From an uncultured Odoribacter sp. (GTDB lineage: Bacteria > Bacteroidota > Bacteroidia > Bacteroidales > Prolixibacteraceae): a DNA stretch of 64,000 nt. The stretch covers positions 22,701 to 86,700 of the forward strand of contig CAYRBM010000001.1 of assembly GCA_964422425.1 (NCBI GenBank). Reading direction: 5' to 3'. The notes under the pieces were generated by a model. It was given only the letters and a program-made list of their open reading frames with translations. It had not been told where the DNA came from and did no database searches. The position numbers were made by a program, and so were the translations under genes. This document shows positions 1 to 9,134 of the stretch, in pieces (the stretch's first letter is position 1; every line of letters begins with the position of its first letter).

Positions 1-1209
1 GGCAATCCCGACTAAGCCAACTTTACAGATACCAAAGGAGGAAAGCTCTTCAATAGCACTTATGATCCTGCCAAGTGGACAAGAGCTTTGAATGCTCATA
101 AACTGCTGATTGAAAAAGCTCACGAGGCTGGTCACGAGTTGTATAAAATGTACAACGACGATGGTTCGATCGATCCATTCTCTTCCACCCAATGGGTTCA
201 TGCCCGCACTTATGCCGATGGCAACAAAGAAATCCTGTTTGCCCGTCCGCAAAATCAAACTGAACTCGATCGCCACATGTCGCCCTACGGAGCCGGTGGT
301 AACGGTGGTTTGGGGATGACTCAAACGCTGGTGGACGCTTTCTTCATGAAAAATGGTCTTCCTGCTATTCTGGGTTATGAGTCTGACGGAAAAACTCCGA
401 TTATTAATACTGCTTCAGGATATACAGAAACAGGTTTCTCGAAAACCGACGACGTGCGTAACACCAACAACTGGAACTGGTACGACGGCACCAAAAACGT
501 AGTTGCCAAAGCCGGAACTTTCAATATGTATGTGAACCGCGAACCTCGTTTTTACAATGCGATCCTGTGGAACGAACGTTACTACATCTGGGACAAACGG
601 AATGTGAACTTCTATAAATACGGAAAAGACAACAATTACACACACGATGCGCCTCAAAACGGTTACCTGGGCTTGAAACGCAAACACCCGAATTCCGACT
701 CAAAGAACGGATCATACCAATATCGGCCGGGTATTGTTTACCGTTTGGCTGAGGCATATCTGAGCTATTGCGAAATCCTGAACGAAATTCAACCAGGAGA
801 TCCGGACATTTTGCTTTATCTGAATCGAATTCGCGAACGCGCCGGAATCCCCCAATATTCAACCGTACAGAAAGATGGGTTTATCAAGGTAAATCTGGGC
901 GATCAGGCTGAAATGCGTAAACTGATTCGCATGGAACGCCGTGTGGAACTTTGCGGCGAAGGCGTTCGTTACGACGATTTGCGTCGGTGGAAAGAAGCAG
1001 AAACAACGTTGAACGGCGATTTCTACGGAATGAACTTTGCTGGTACAGCAAAATCTGATGATCCTGCCAATTTGAATTCGTTCTTCGTCCGTACCAAATA
1101 CCAAAAGCGGGTTTATATGAAGAAATACTATTGGTTTCCGGTTTATCAAACCGAAATTGACAAGAACCCGAATTTGGTTCAGGCACCGTACTGGACCGAG
1201 CAGGAATAA
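1..1209 (+). CDS. RagB/SusD family outer-membrane glycan-binding protein, 5'-truncated by the window edge; in-frame TAA at 13-15 (possibly interrupted gene)
   Basis: SusD C-terminal motifs REPRFY, YRLAEAYL, LNRIRERAG, ERRVELCGEGVRYDDLRRWK, NPNLVQAPYW. The frame reads back to position 1 as GNPD*ANFTDTKGGKLFNSTYDPAKW, which is SusD-like. Confidence 0.9.
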
Positions 1210-1242
1210 ACCGATCATTTGTTACCTTAAAAAGATCAAGCA

Positions 1243-2391
1243 ATGAAAAAACTACAATATATAGGAATGATTCTTCTTGGCATCTGTCTGTTTGCAATTG
1301 GTGGATGCAAAGAGACCGAAGATGTCAAAATCGTGATTGATACCGTTGAAGACGGAATGCATTTGACTGCCAGCGCTCAGAAGATTGTCTTATCGCAGGA
1401 AAAGATGGATGAACCGGCGATTACCTTTAAGTGGGATCCCGCTCAGGCCCGCAAGAACAATGGAACTCTGACTTATTACTTCAAACTCGGATTACCCGGT
1501 TTTACCAAGGCTATCGATAAAATAAAAATTGAACCTGGTGTGTCGGAATACTCAATTTCAAACTACGATTTAAATATTCTGGCCTACGGTAAACTTGGGG
1601 TACCTTATGGAAGCACCGTTCAACTCGAAGCCGAAATTATAGCCTGGTCGGAAGGCGATTATTTTGTGATGCCCGAGGTTTCGGCTACCAAGTTTACGGT
1701 GACCACTTTTGCAATCGCCCCGGTTAATCTTTATTTGGTGGGTTCGGCAAATCCCAAAGGCGCCGATGTGAAGAACGGAATAAAACTCACGGAAGTTGTC
1801 GAAGGCCGCGATATTGGTAATAAATACCAATGGGAAGGAAATCTTCAGGCCGGAACCTTCAAGCTTGTAAATTCACTCAGCGAGGACAAAGGCTCCTGGA
1901 GCATGGGCAAAACATCTTCAGAGCTTGTTCAGAATGTTTCAGCGAGTGGTACAGATGTAGAGTTCGAGGTTAAGAAGCCTGGCTTGTATTCAATTATCCT
2001 GAATAAATCAACCAAAGAAATCATTTACGGATATAAAGGCTTTAGCCATGTTTGGGGCGTTGGTCTGGGTATTGGTATTGCATGGTCGATGCCGTCGTCA
2101 ACCGAGTTTAAATGGGATGCACGAAATCCAAGCATTTTTACCCTGGAGTGTACAACACAGGCTAATCAGGATTTCAAACTTCCGTACAACGATCAAAGCC
2201 AGGGTTGGGGATGTCCGTTCCTTCGTCCGATGGTTGGCAGCGCCAATATTATGACCGACAACAGGTTGCAGGCGACTCCTGCCGGTTATGGAAACGACCT
2301 GAAATGGCTGATCACCGCCGATCAGGCAGGTAGATGTCTAATAACAATCGATGCATTTAACGAAACAATCACACTGAAAAAACTGAATTAG
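1243..2391 (+). CDS. SusE/SusF-like surface lipoprotein
   Basis: Lipobox (FAIGGC), SusE-type N-domain (AITFKWDPA), LYLVGSA repeat-domain motif; directly after susD. Confidence 0.75.
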   Translation: MKKLQYIGMILLGICLFAIGGCKETEDVKIVIDTVEDGMHLTASAQKIVLSQEKMDEPAITFKWDPAQARKNNGTLTYYFKLGLPGFTKAIDKIKIEPGVSEYSISNYDLNILAYGKLGVPYGSTVQLEAEIIAWSEGDYFVMPEVSATKFTVTTFAIAPVNLYLVGSANPKGADVKNGIKLTEVVEGRDIGNKYQWEGNLQAGTFKLVNSLSEDKGSWSMGKTSSELVQNVSASGTDVEFEVKKPGLYSIILNKSTKEIIYGYKGFSHVWGVGLGIGIAWSMPSSTEFKWDARNPSIFTLECTTQANQDFKLPYNDQSQGWGCPFLRPMVGSANIMTDNRLQATPAGYGNDLKWLITADQAGRCLITIDAFNETITLKKLN

Positions 2392-2420
2392 TTAATCAAA
2401 TTCGTTAAAATAAAGTCCGG

Positions 2421-2460
2421 GAGGTCGTCCAAAATTGAGTTGCGGACGACCTCTTTTTTT
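2421..2460 (+). terminator. Rho-independent terminator
   Basis: gaggtcgtcc...ggacgacctc perfect 10-bp stem followed by a T-run. Confidence 0.8.
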
Positions 2461-2567
2461 CTTTTATATTGCCTTCGTTAAGTTTTCCCGCTTTGATGAG
2501 GATTCTGTCCGTCGTCAATAACAACGCAAATCATTCAAATTCATGAAATTCTTATTTCGAAGGCCAC

Positions 2568-2597
2568 TTTGATTTTAGAATTAATGTTTTATCTTTG
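2568..2597 (+). promoter_or_regulatory. Bacteroidota housekeeping promoter for rpsP
   Basis: TTTG at 2568-2571 and TATCTTTG (TAnnTTTG) at 2590-2597. Confidence 0.65.
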
Positions 2598-2644
2598 CGC
2601 CACAATTTTCAAAACAACTGTTTATCAATTAAAAATTAAGCAAC

Positions 2645-3184
2645 ATGCCAGCAAAAATGAGATTGCAGCGCAACGGGCGCAAACGGTATGCTTACTATCA
2701 CATTGTGATAGCTGATAGCAGGGCACCACGGGATGGTAGAAATATTGAAAGGATTGGATCGTATAATCCAAACACAAATCCTGCTACTATCGATCTCGAT
2801 TTTGACAAAGCTTTAACCTGGCTTTCAAATGGTGCTCAACCAACTGACACAGTAAGAGCTATTTTATCTTACAAGGGAGTACTGTACAAAAAACATCTTT
2901 TGGGTGGAGTAGCTAAAGGCGCTTTCACTGCCGAAGAAGCTGAAAAACGTTTTGAAGCGTTCCTCGCTGAAAAAGCAAAAAAAGTTCAGGCCAAGAAAGA
3001 TGGATTGGTAGTTAATGCTGAATCTTCGCGTAAAGCTCAGCTTGAAGCCGAAGCTAAAAAGAACGCAGAACGCCTTCAGGCTATTGCTAAGCGTAATGCC
3101 GAAGCTGCAGCTGCTGCCAAAGCTGAAGCCGAACCTGCTGCTGAAGTAGCTGAAGAAGCTGCTCCGGAAGAAACAGAAGGATAA
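2645..3184 (+). CDS. rpsP: 30S ribosomal protein S16 (long Bacteroidota form)
   Basis: [10 protein letters not shown]...[23 protein letters not shown]...GAQPTDTV, with an Ala/Glu-rich tail. Confidence 0.97.
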   Translation: MPAKMRLQRNGRKRYAYYHIVIADSRAPRDGRNIERIGSYNPNTNPATIDLDFDKALTWLSNGAQPTDTVRAILSYKGVLYKKHLLGGVAKGAFTAEEAEKRFEAFLAEKAKKVQAKKDGLVVNAESSRKAQLEAEAKKNAERLQAIAKRNAEAAAAAKAEAEPAAEVAEEAAPEETEG

Positions 3185-3232
3185 TTTTAGCAAAACCTTG
3201 TTTTAACCTTTGGGTTAAAGCAGACAAAGCAT

Positions 3233-3262
3233 AAAAGCGACAGAGAAATCTGCCGCTTTTTT
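3233..3262 (+). terminator. Terminator/attenuator hairpin between rpsP and rimM
   Basis: aaaagcgacaga-gaaa-tctgccgctttt followed by Ts. Confidence 0.55.
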
Positions 3263-3276
3263 CTATTTTTACCAGC

Positions 3277-3816
3277 ATGGAAACCATACCCAAAAGTAAT
3301 TGTACTAAAATTGGCTATATTCAGAAACCGCACGGTATTCATGGAGAATTAGTCATTCGTTTTCAGGAAGAATATTACGAGACACTGGAAGAAATGCCCG
3401 TCTTATTGCTCGAGATCGACCAATTACTCGTGCCTTATTTCATTTCAGAAGATGGACTACGGTTTAAATCAGGTGAATCAGTCATTGTTAAACTCGACTG
3501 GGTTGATGCCGATTGGAAAGCCAAAGACCTTTGCGGGCTTGCTGTTTACGTTGACCAGAATGATGTGGTAGAACTTGATGATGAAACGGGTCCGCATACC
3601 CTGGTTGGATATCAGTTGTATGACGAGACTCTTGGATTGATTGGCGAAATAAATGATGTACACGACTATGCCGGTAACCTTTTGCTTTCAGTGGTTTATC
3701 AGGGAAGGGATGTGTTGATCCCGCTAAATGAGAATTTACTCGTTCGCCTCGACGATGACCTTTGCGAAATAGAACTGCAAATTCCGGAAGGCCTTTTTGA
3801 TCTGGATGAAGAGTAG
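3277..3816 (+). CDS. rimM: Ribosome maturation factor RimM
   Basis: IGYIQKPHGIHGEL N-terminus, PRC-barrel end (LIPL...IPEGLFD), downstream of rpsP. Confidence 0.92.
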   Translation: METIPKSNCTKIGYIQKPHGIHGELVIRFQEEYYETLEEMPVLLLEIDQLLVPYFISEDGLRFKSGESVIVKLDWVDADWKAKDLCGLAVYVDQNDVVELDDETGPHTLVGYQLYDETLGLIGEINDVHDYAGNLLLSVVYQGRDVLIPLNENLLVRLDDDLCEIELQIPEGLFDLDEE

Positions 3817-3817
3817 G

Positions 3818-3916
3818 CGAAGGGCTGAAGGACCGATGGATTGAAGGACTGACTTATGAAACACCAGTTATGCAACCCCTTCCAAGTCAAAATTCATCAT
3901 TCAAAATTCAAGATTC
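3818..3916. repeat. Degenerate 8-mer (tgaaggac-like x4) and 7-mer (tcaaaat-like x4) tandem repeats
   Basis: cgaagggc tgaaggac cgatggat tgaaggac; tcaaaat tcatcat tcaaaat tcaagat. Confidence 0.6.
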
Positions 3917-3919
3917 TCG

Positions 3920-4897
3920 TTACGCTTTGGTCCATATCCGGGTGTTCAGATTTAATTCCTGAACGAGCGCCGAAATCATACCAAAAAGGTCGAACATTTC
4001 CTTTACATCCTTGAAATTTACACCTGAACGGAAAATGTTTGGCTCGAACATCGATTTACTGATGCTGTTGGCAAAATAAACCCTTGACCCAACAAACGAG
4101 AAATAAATCTCTCCGCTAAATCGTTTATACAAATTGACCATTGCTTCCATAATGGACGGAGTTAAAATGTAGCGCGCTTCTACCTGATCGGAGCTGTAAA
4201 CCACGTAAAGTTTTTCGAACTCAGGATTTTCCAGCTTAACCAACTCGCCTCGACCGCTTAATCGTTGCAGGCTTTGACCAAAACTTCCAAACAACCTTTC
4301 GGCAGTGTCGGGCAGAACAAAGGTAGTTCCCGAAAAATTTTTATTGAAATCGGCGTGCATGAACAAACCTTTAAAAATGGTAACCCAGTGTTCTTGTCTC
4401 CGCCCTTTCGACCCGTAGGTCACCTGCTTGTATTGGGTATGTAATTCTGAAAATTCAAAGTCTGTTTTTTCAATTTGTCCGGCAACAAAATCTTCGGTAT
4501 TGTACCTGTCGTATGGATGGGTGAAAAGCCCGCTTTGCTTGTAATTTCGTTCGCTGATTCCCGAATTGTAGATGTATTTCCACTCCGGATTGATTTGCCT
4601 GACAATTTCAGTAACAATCTCTGATTTAAAACTTTGTACATATTGAAACTGATATTTGCTGGCGCGATAGATAAAATAAAAACCACCAATGGCAGAAATG
4701 GCAACCGAAATAACAATCATGTATTCCGGAGGATTCAGTTCGACCAGCAAATAATTGGCGACTGCCAGAGCAATCACCAGCAAGAACCCCAAAAAATATC
4801 GTTTGAGAACGTTTTTTCGGGTTGATTCGAGGGCAGCAAGCTTGCCTTTGAAATGCGTTTCAAAAAGCGATTGAAGGTTAGTTTGTTCGGTCATCAT
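3920..4897 (-). CDS. DUF3137 domain membrane protein
   Basis: Two N-terminal TM helices; TIFKGLF...DFNKNF, VKLENPEFEK..VYSSDQVEARYILTP motifs; adjacent to lemA. Confidence 0.8.
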   Translation of the reverse strand: MMTEQTNLQSLFETHFKGKLAALESTRKNVLKRYFLGFLLVIALAVANYLLVELNPPEYMIVISVAISAIGGFYFIYRASKYQFQYVQSFKSEIVTEIVRQINPEWKYIYNSGISERNYKQSGLFTHPYDRYNTEDFVAGQIEKTDFEFSELHTQYKQVTYGSKGRRQEHWVTIFKGLFMHADFNKNFSGTTFVLPDTAERLFGSFGQSLQRLSGRGELVKLENPEFEKLYVVYSSDQVEARYILTPSIMEAMVNLYKRFSGEIYFSFVGSRVYFANSISKSMFEPNIFRSGVNFKDVKEMFDLFGMISALVQELNLNTRIWTKA

Positions 4898-4906
4898 CTG
4901 CTCATT

Positions 4907-5476
4907 TTACGAATGAAACAGATTTTTCACATTCACATTGCCTCGTTCGGTTTCGGTGGCGGTAAAAACCTGCTTGCTTTTCAGCAGCATCATTCCGGCC
5001 ATCAGGTTGCCGGGGAACATTTCAATGGCATTGTTGTAATCGGTAACTGCTGCGTTGTAGGCCCGGCGTGCCGCCGCAATCTGCGATTCAACTTCATTCA
5101 GGGCACGTTGCAAATCAATAAAGTTCGGGCTTGCCTTCAAATCAGGATAATTCTCAACGGCTACCATTAATCCCGATAATGCGGTGGATATCTGATTGTC
5201 GAGTGCCACGCGGTCTTCCGGAGTAGCGTTTTGTTGCAAGGCCCGGGTTCGAAGATCGGTTATTTTGGATAGCAGCTCTCTTTCGTGTGTGGCATATTGT
5301 TGCACCGTAGCAACCAGATTTGGAATTAAATCGTACCGGTTTTTCAATTGTACATCAATCGTTCCGAAGGCATTGGCAACCTGGTTTTTTCGGTTCGTCA
5401 GGCTGTTGAATACCGAAATAATCACAAGCAGGAAAATGACGGCGATAACAATTACAAGAATCAGGGTTGTGTTCAT
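4907..5476 (-). CDS. lemA: LemA family protein
   Basis: N-terminal TM; IDVQLKNRYDLIPNLV, AVENYPDLKAS, RRAYNAAV...FPGN motifs. Confidence 0.9.
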   Translation of the reverse strand: MNTTLILVIVIAVIFLLVIISVFNSLTNRKNQVANAFGTIDVQLKNRYDLIPNLVATVQQYATHERELLSKITDLRTRALQQNATPEDRVALDNQISTALSGLMVAVENYPDLKASPNFIDLQRALNEVESQIAAARRAYNAAVTDYNNAIEMFPGNLMAGMMLLKSKQVFTATETERGNVNVKNLFHS

Positions 5477-5667
5477 GGTTGTTGAATTTTGCTGTTAGTT
5501 TTTTAAAAAATCAGGAAGTGAAATTACAGATTAGGTAGTAATTTGTGAAATTTTTAAGGCGATTGGCTGATATTCTCCGGTGAATTAGCTCCAGGATGGG
5601 TGAATGGCGAAATCGACGGGGTTACCGCAATTATGTTGAAGTTGAATCAAAATAATTTTAGTTGATT

Positions 5668-5694
5668 TGCAACCTAGCAAATAATTTGCCGTCT
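5668..5694 (+). promoter_or_regulatory. Putative ECF-sigma promoter
   Basis: TGCAAC-N16-CGTCT, matching the AAC/CGT ECF consensus, ~50 nt upstream of the DUF2807 gene. Confidence 0.45.
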
Positions 5695-5743
5695 ATAGAA
5701 GCGTTTGATAGTATAGAACAACAAATAATAAATGTAATTGCCA

Positions 5744-6454
5744 ATGAAAACAAAATTTTTAGTTGCGATAGGGATTCTGTTTTTTACCCTTGCAAGTGTT
5801 CAGTCCAAAGCTGATAATCAGACCCGAAAAGTTGATCCGTTTAATGAAATTTCTCTGAGAATTGGAGCCAATGTCCATTTGGAACAAGGAGACAAACAAA
5901 ATCTGGAAATAGTGGCAAAACCTTCGACTTTAGAGGAAATAATTACGGAAGTGAAAGACGGAAAATTAATCATCCGGTTTCCCAACAAGAATTACCTCTG
6001 GACCACTTTTCAACCCGGTGATATTACGATCTATATTACAACTCCTGAAATCAATGGGTTGGGAGTTTCGGGTTCGGGCGATATTATTGCCGAAGATGAA
6101 ATCAGAACGAAGATGCTCGATATGGCCGTGAGTGGAAGCGGAAATATAAAACTTGCCGAATTAAATGCAGAGCGTGTAAAATCAGTTATTTCGGGTTCGG
6201 GCGATATTGTGGTTGCAGGTAAAAATCCGGCTCAGGACTTGAGCGTAGCGATTTCGGGTAGCGGCAATTTTAAAGGGCAGGATTACAGCGCCGACGATGT
6301 TTCGGTCAAAATCTTTGGATCGGGCAATACCAGTATCGAAGCCAACAAAAACCTGTACATCCGCATCGCCGGATCAGGAAATGTGAACTACAAAGGTAAG
6401 CCACTGATTGATCAGTCGATTACCGGTTCAGGTTCGGTAAAAGGCATGAGATAA
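5744..6454 (+). CDS. DUF2807 / head GIN domain protein
   Basis: Signal peptide and repeated xSGSGxI beta-helix motifs; ATG at 5744. Confidence 0.85.
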   Translation: MKTKFLVAIGILFFTLASVQSKADNQTRKVDPFNEISLRIGANVHLEQGDKQNLEIVAKPSTLEEIITEVKDGKLIIRFPNKNYLWTTFQPGDITIYITTPEINGLGVSGSGDIIAEDEIRTKMLDMAVSGSGNIKLAELNAERVKSVISGSGDIVVAGKNPAQDLSVAISGSGNFKGQDYSADDVSVKIFGSGNTSIEANKNLYIRIAGSGNVNYKGKPLIDQSITGSGSVKGMR

Positions 6455-6476
6455 ATTAATTCTTTTCATACAGAAC

Positions 6477-6513
6477 AAAAAAGGTGGCTCGTAATTTAAT
6501 ACAGCCACCTTTT
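6477..6513. terminator. Bidirectional terminator
   Basis: aaaaaaggtggct...agccacctttt between convergent genes. Confidence 0.75.
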
Positions 6514-6534
6514 CAGTTTTATAACAAGTTGATT

Positions 6535-7986
6535 TTAAATTCCCAACTGTTTTGAATCATTTGATTTCTTTTCTTTCACCCCAGTTGTTCCACCACCTTT
6601 TAAAGTTAGTTCAACCGGGCGGTTGGTTTTCCACGATCCGCAGGTAAAATCGGGAATGTCAACCGAGTTGGAACGGTTGGCAACCGATTGTTCGCTCAGC
6701 GGGGCAATGGCGCTCCACAAAGCGGCGTCGTACACGTCCTGATCGAGTGGTAACCCATTGCGCAGGCAGTCAATCAGTCTCCAGTCCATCATAAAGTCCA
6801 TTCCACCATGGCCACCCACTTTTTTGGCCATTTCACCAATCTTCTTCACAATTTCCGGAGTGTATTGTTCTTCCAGTTTTTTCATCTCGTCATCGTTCAA
6901 CCAGGCGTGAGACGTTGCAATTCTTGCCGGGCTTGGCCATTTGCTGGCAACGCCTTTGGTCCCGCTCACCAAGTGAATGCGCGAATAAGGACGAGGACTG
7001 GTTACGTCGTGCTGAATCATGATTGTTCGTCCGTTATAAGTACGAACAGTCGTTGTATTCATATTTCCGCGGTAATTGTTGGTAGCAAATTCATTGTAGA
7101 AGCTGTCTTTGGCAGCCAGTTCTTTGGCCATGGCCGCCATATGGAAATCGTTCGATGCCATCGAAGTCAGGTATTCCATCTGATCGCCGCGGTTGATATT
7201 CATCACCTGGCAGATTGGGCCCAATCCGTGTGTCGGGTATAGGTTTCCGTTGCGGTGCTGATTTTCTTTCAACCGCCACATTTCAGCATAACCGTTGTCT
7301 TTGGCAAAGTTGAGGCTGCGCAGGTCGTGAATGTAGGCACCCTCGCCATGTATAATCTCGCCGAAATATCCCTGGCGCGCCATGTTCAAAGTGAGTAATT
7401 CGAAAAAGTCGTAGCAGCAGTTTTCGAGCATCATACAATGCTTTTGAGTGCGCTCCGAGGTTTCCACCAGCTGCCAGCATTCATCAATGGTAACGGCTGC
7501 CGGAACTTCGGTGGCAGCATGTTTGCCGTGTTCCATGGCATAAACAGCCATGGGTGTATGCAACGCCCATGGAGTCGTAATGTAAATCAGATCGATATCC
7601 GGGTTTTCGCACATCGCTTTCCATGCATCTTTTGATCCGGAATACGATTTGGCGCGGGGTAATCCCTGTTTTTCGAGCAGCTTCTGCATTTTTTCAACCC
7701 GGTCGTCGTATTGGTCGCAAAGACCAACTATTTCAACACCTTCGATAAACGACATGCGTTCAACAGCTCCGGGTCCGCGCATACCCAACCCAACAAATCC
7801 AATGCGAACTTTATCGAGCTTTGGGGCAGCATACCCGCTCATGTTGAACCGCTGTTTTTTCCCTTTTCCTTTTTTAGGTGCGGCACCTTCGGTATTGGAA
7901 GCTACGGCACTTCCGGCCAGTCCGGTGGCCATCATTCCGGCACCCAGCAGGGTATTCCGGAGAAAATCACGTCTGTTTGAGCTCAT
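6535..7986 (-). CDS. GH109 NAD+-dependent alpha-N-acetylgalactosaminidase-like (Gfo/Idh/MocA fold), Tat-exported
   Basis: SNRRDFL Tat motif, GFVGLGMRG, TEVP, LENCCY, YPTHG, GGHGGMD. Confidence 0.88.
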   Translation of the reverse strand: MSSNRRDFLRNTLLGAGMMATGLAGSAVASNTEGAAPKKGKGKKQRFNMSGYAAPKLDKVRIGFVGLGMRGPGAVERMSFIEGVEIVGLCDQYDDRVEKMQKLLEKQGLPRAKSYSGSKDAWKAMCENPDIDLIYITTPWALHTPMAVYAMEHGKHAATEVPAAVTIDECWQLVETSERTQKHCMMLENCCYDFFELLTLNMARQGYFGEIIHGEGAYIHDLRSLNFAKDNGYAEMWRLKENQHRNGNLYPTHGLGPICQVMNINRGDQMEYLTSMASNDFHMAAMAKELAAKDSFYNEFATNNYRGNMNTTTVRTYNGRTIMIQHDVTSPRPYSRIHLVSGTKGVASKWPSPARIATSHAWLNDDEMKKLEEQYTPEIVKKIGEMAKKVGGHGGMDFMMDWRLIDCLRNGLPLDQDVYDAALWSAIAPLSEQSVANRSNSVDIPDFTCGSWKTNRPVELTLKGGGTTGVKEKKSNDSKQLGI

Positions 7987-8117
7987 TTTTGTTGGTTTTA
8001 TTTGATTGTTTAGATATTTTCTGGTTCAAAGTTGGAATTTATTTCTTGTTAAAACATTGGATTTTTATCATTTCCGCCGATTGCATTTACATTTTAGCGA
8101 AGATCAGATCCCTGGTG

Positions 8118-9134
8118 TTAATTTTTGAGAATCAACGGTGGAACCAGCTCAACGGGCTGGCACCATGATCGGGTACCATCATAAACTCCGGTCAGTATAT
8201 GAGTGATTTTGTTCTGCTGAATTAAAAGTTGCGGACGTTCCCTTCTAACACAATGCAGGGTATCTCCGGTTGTTTTTAGAATTGTGTGATCGTAAACAAT
8301 GGGAGTCTCAAATACCTTCCAGTTGTTGATCCCGTTTTCCGAAATCAGATGAGCTCCCCACCGGATATGGCCGGTTACCTTTCCAACATTATCTTCGCAA
8401 ATCAGGTGATAAAATTCGTTTGTTTTGAAGAGATAGAAATCTTCGAGCATTGCCTGAGGCCAGACATTTGAATTGGCCAGCGAATATGGGCCTTTGAATT
8501 CAGGGGCAACTGCAATTTTTACTTTCAGATTTTCATCCCGGTAAATGAGTTTGATTTGTTGATCGGGTTCAAGAAAAACAGCAGGGTTGTTGGATTCCTC
8601 GCTGATGATGGGCTTATCGCACCTGATCCAGGGGCCTTCAATGCGGTTTGAAGCTGCATATCCAACTCGCCGCAGCAAACGATTGGTTCCATTTCTGAAT
8701 GTGCTAAAATCGCTCCCAATGTAAAAAAGCACATACTGATTGCCAATTCGGTGAATGGTGGGGTTATGTGCCATGTTCGAGTCCCAGAACGAACTATCGC
8801 GCTCGTCAATCACTACTTCCTGAAAGGTATATGGGCCCATTGGCGACTGTGAAGTTGCCCTTACAATTTCTGATTCCCGGAAATAATCGTCAGGAAATTT
8901 GTTTTTTTTAGGCCATCGCGAAGCAAACAGATGATAAACTGAATCGACTTTGATAACTGAACCTCCCCAAACCCAGTATCCATCCATCATGAAACCACTT
9001 TGGGGAGGAATGGGTTGAAGCCTTTCCCGGAACGATTGGGCGAATGAATCAGCACCAGTAAGCAGGAGAATGGTCAAAATCAAAAAAATACGGAGTACGG
9101 ATCTGACCTCGAAAGAATGATTTGAGATTGTCAT
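8118..9134 (-). CDS. Five-bladed beta-propeller glycoside hydrolase (GH43/62/32/68/117/130-like)
   Basis: WGGSVIK..YHLFASRW, HNPTI, SNNP, LED, RERPQLL motifs; signal peptide. Confidence 0.7.
   Translation of the reverse strand: MTISNHSFEVRSVLRIFLILTILLLTGADSFAQSFRERLQPIPPQSGFMMDGYWVWGGSVIKVDSVYHLFASRWPKKNKFPDDYFRESEIVRATSQSPMGPYTFQEVVIDERDSSFWDSNMAHNPTIHRIGNQYVLFYIGSDFSTFRNGTNRLLRRVGYAASNRIEGPWIRCDKPIISEESNNPAVFLEPDQQIKLIYRDENLKVKIAVAPEFKGPYSLANSNVWPQAMLEDFYLFKTNEFYHLICEDNVGKVTGHIRWGAHLISENGINNWKVFETPIVYDHTILKTTGDTLHCVRRERPQLLIQQNKITHILTGVYDGTRSWCQPVELVPPLILKN

Noticed and set aside
2900-3816. Long acidic/Ala-rich S16 tail and absence of trmD after rimM
   Set aside because: Both are common in Bacteroidota
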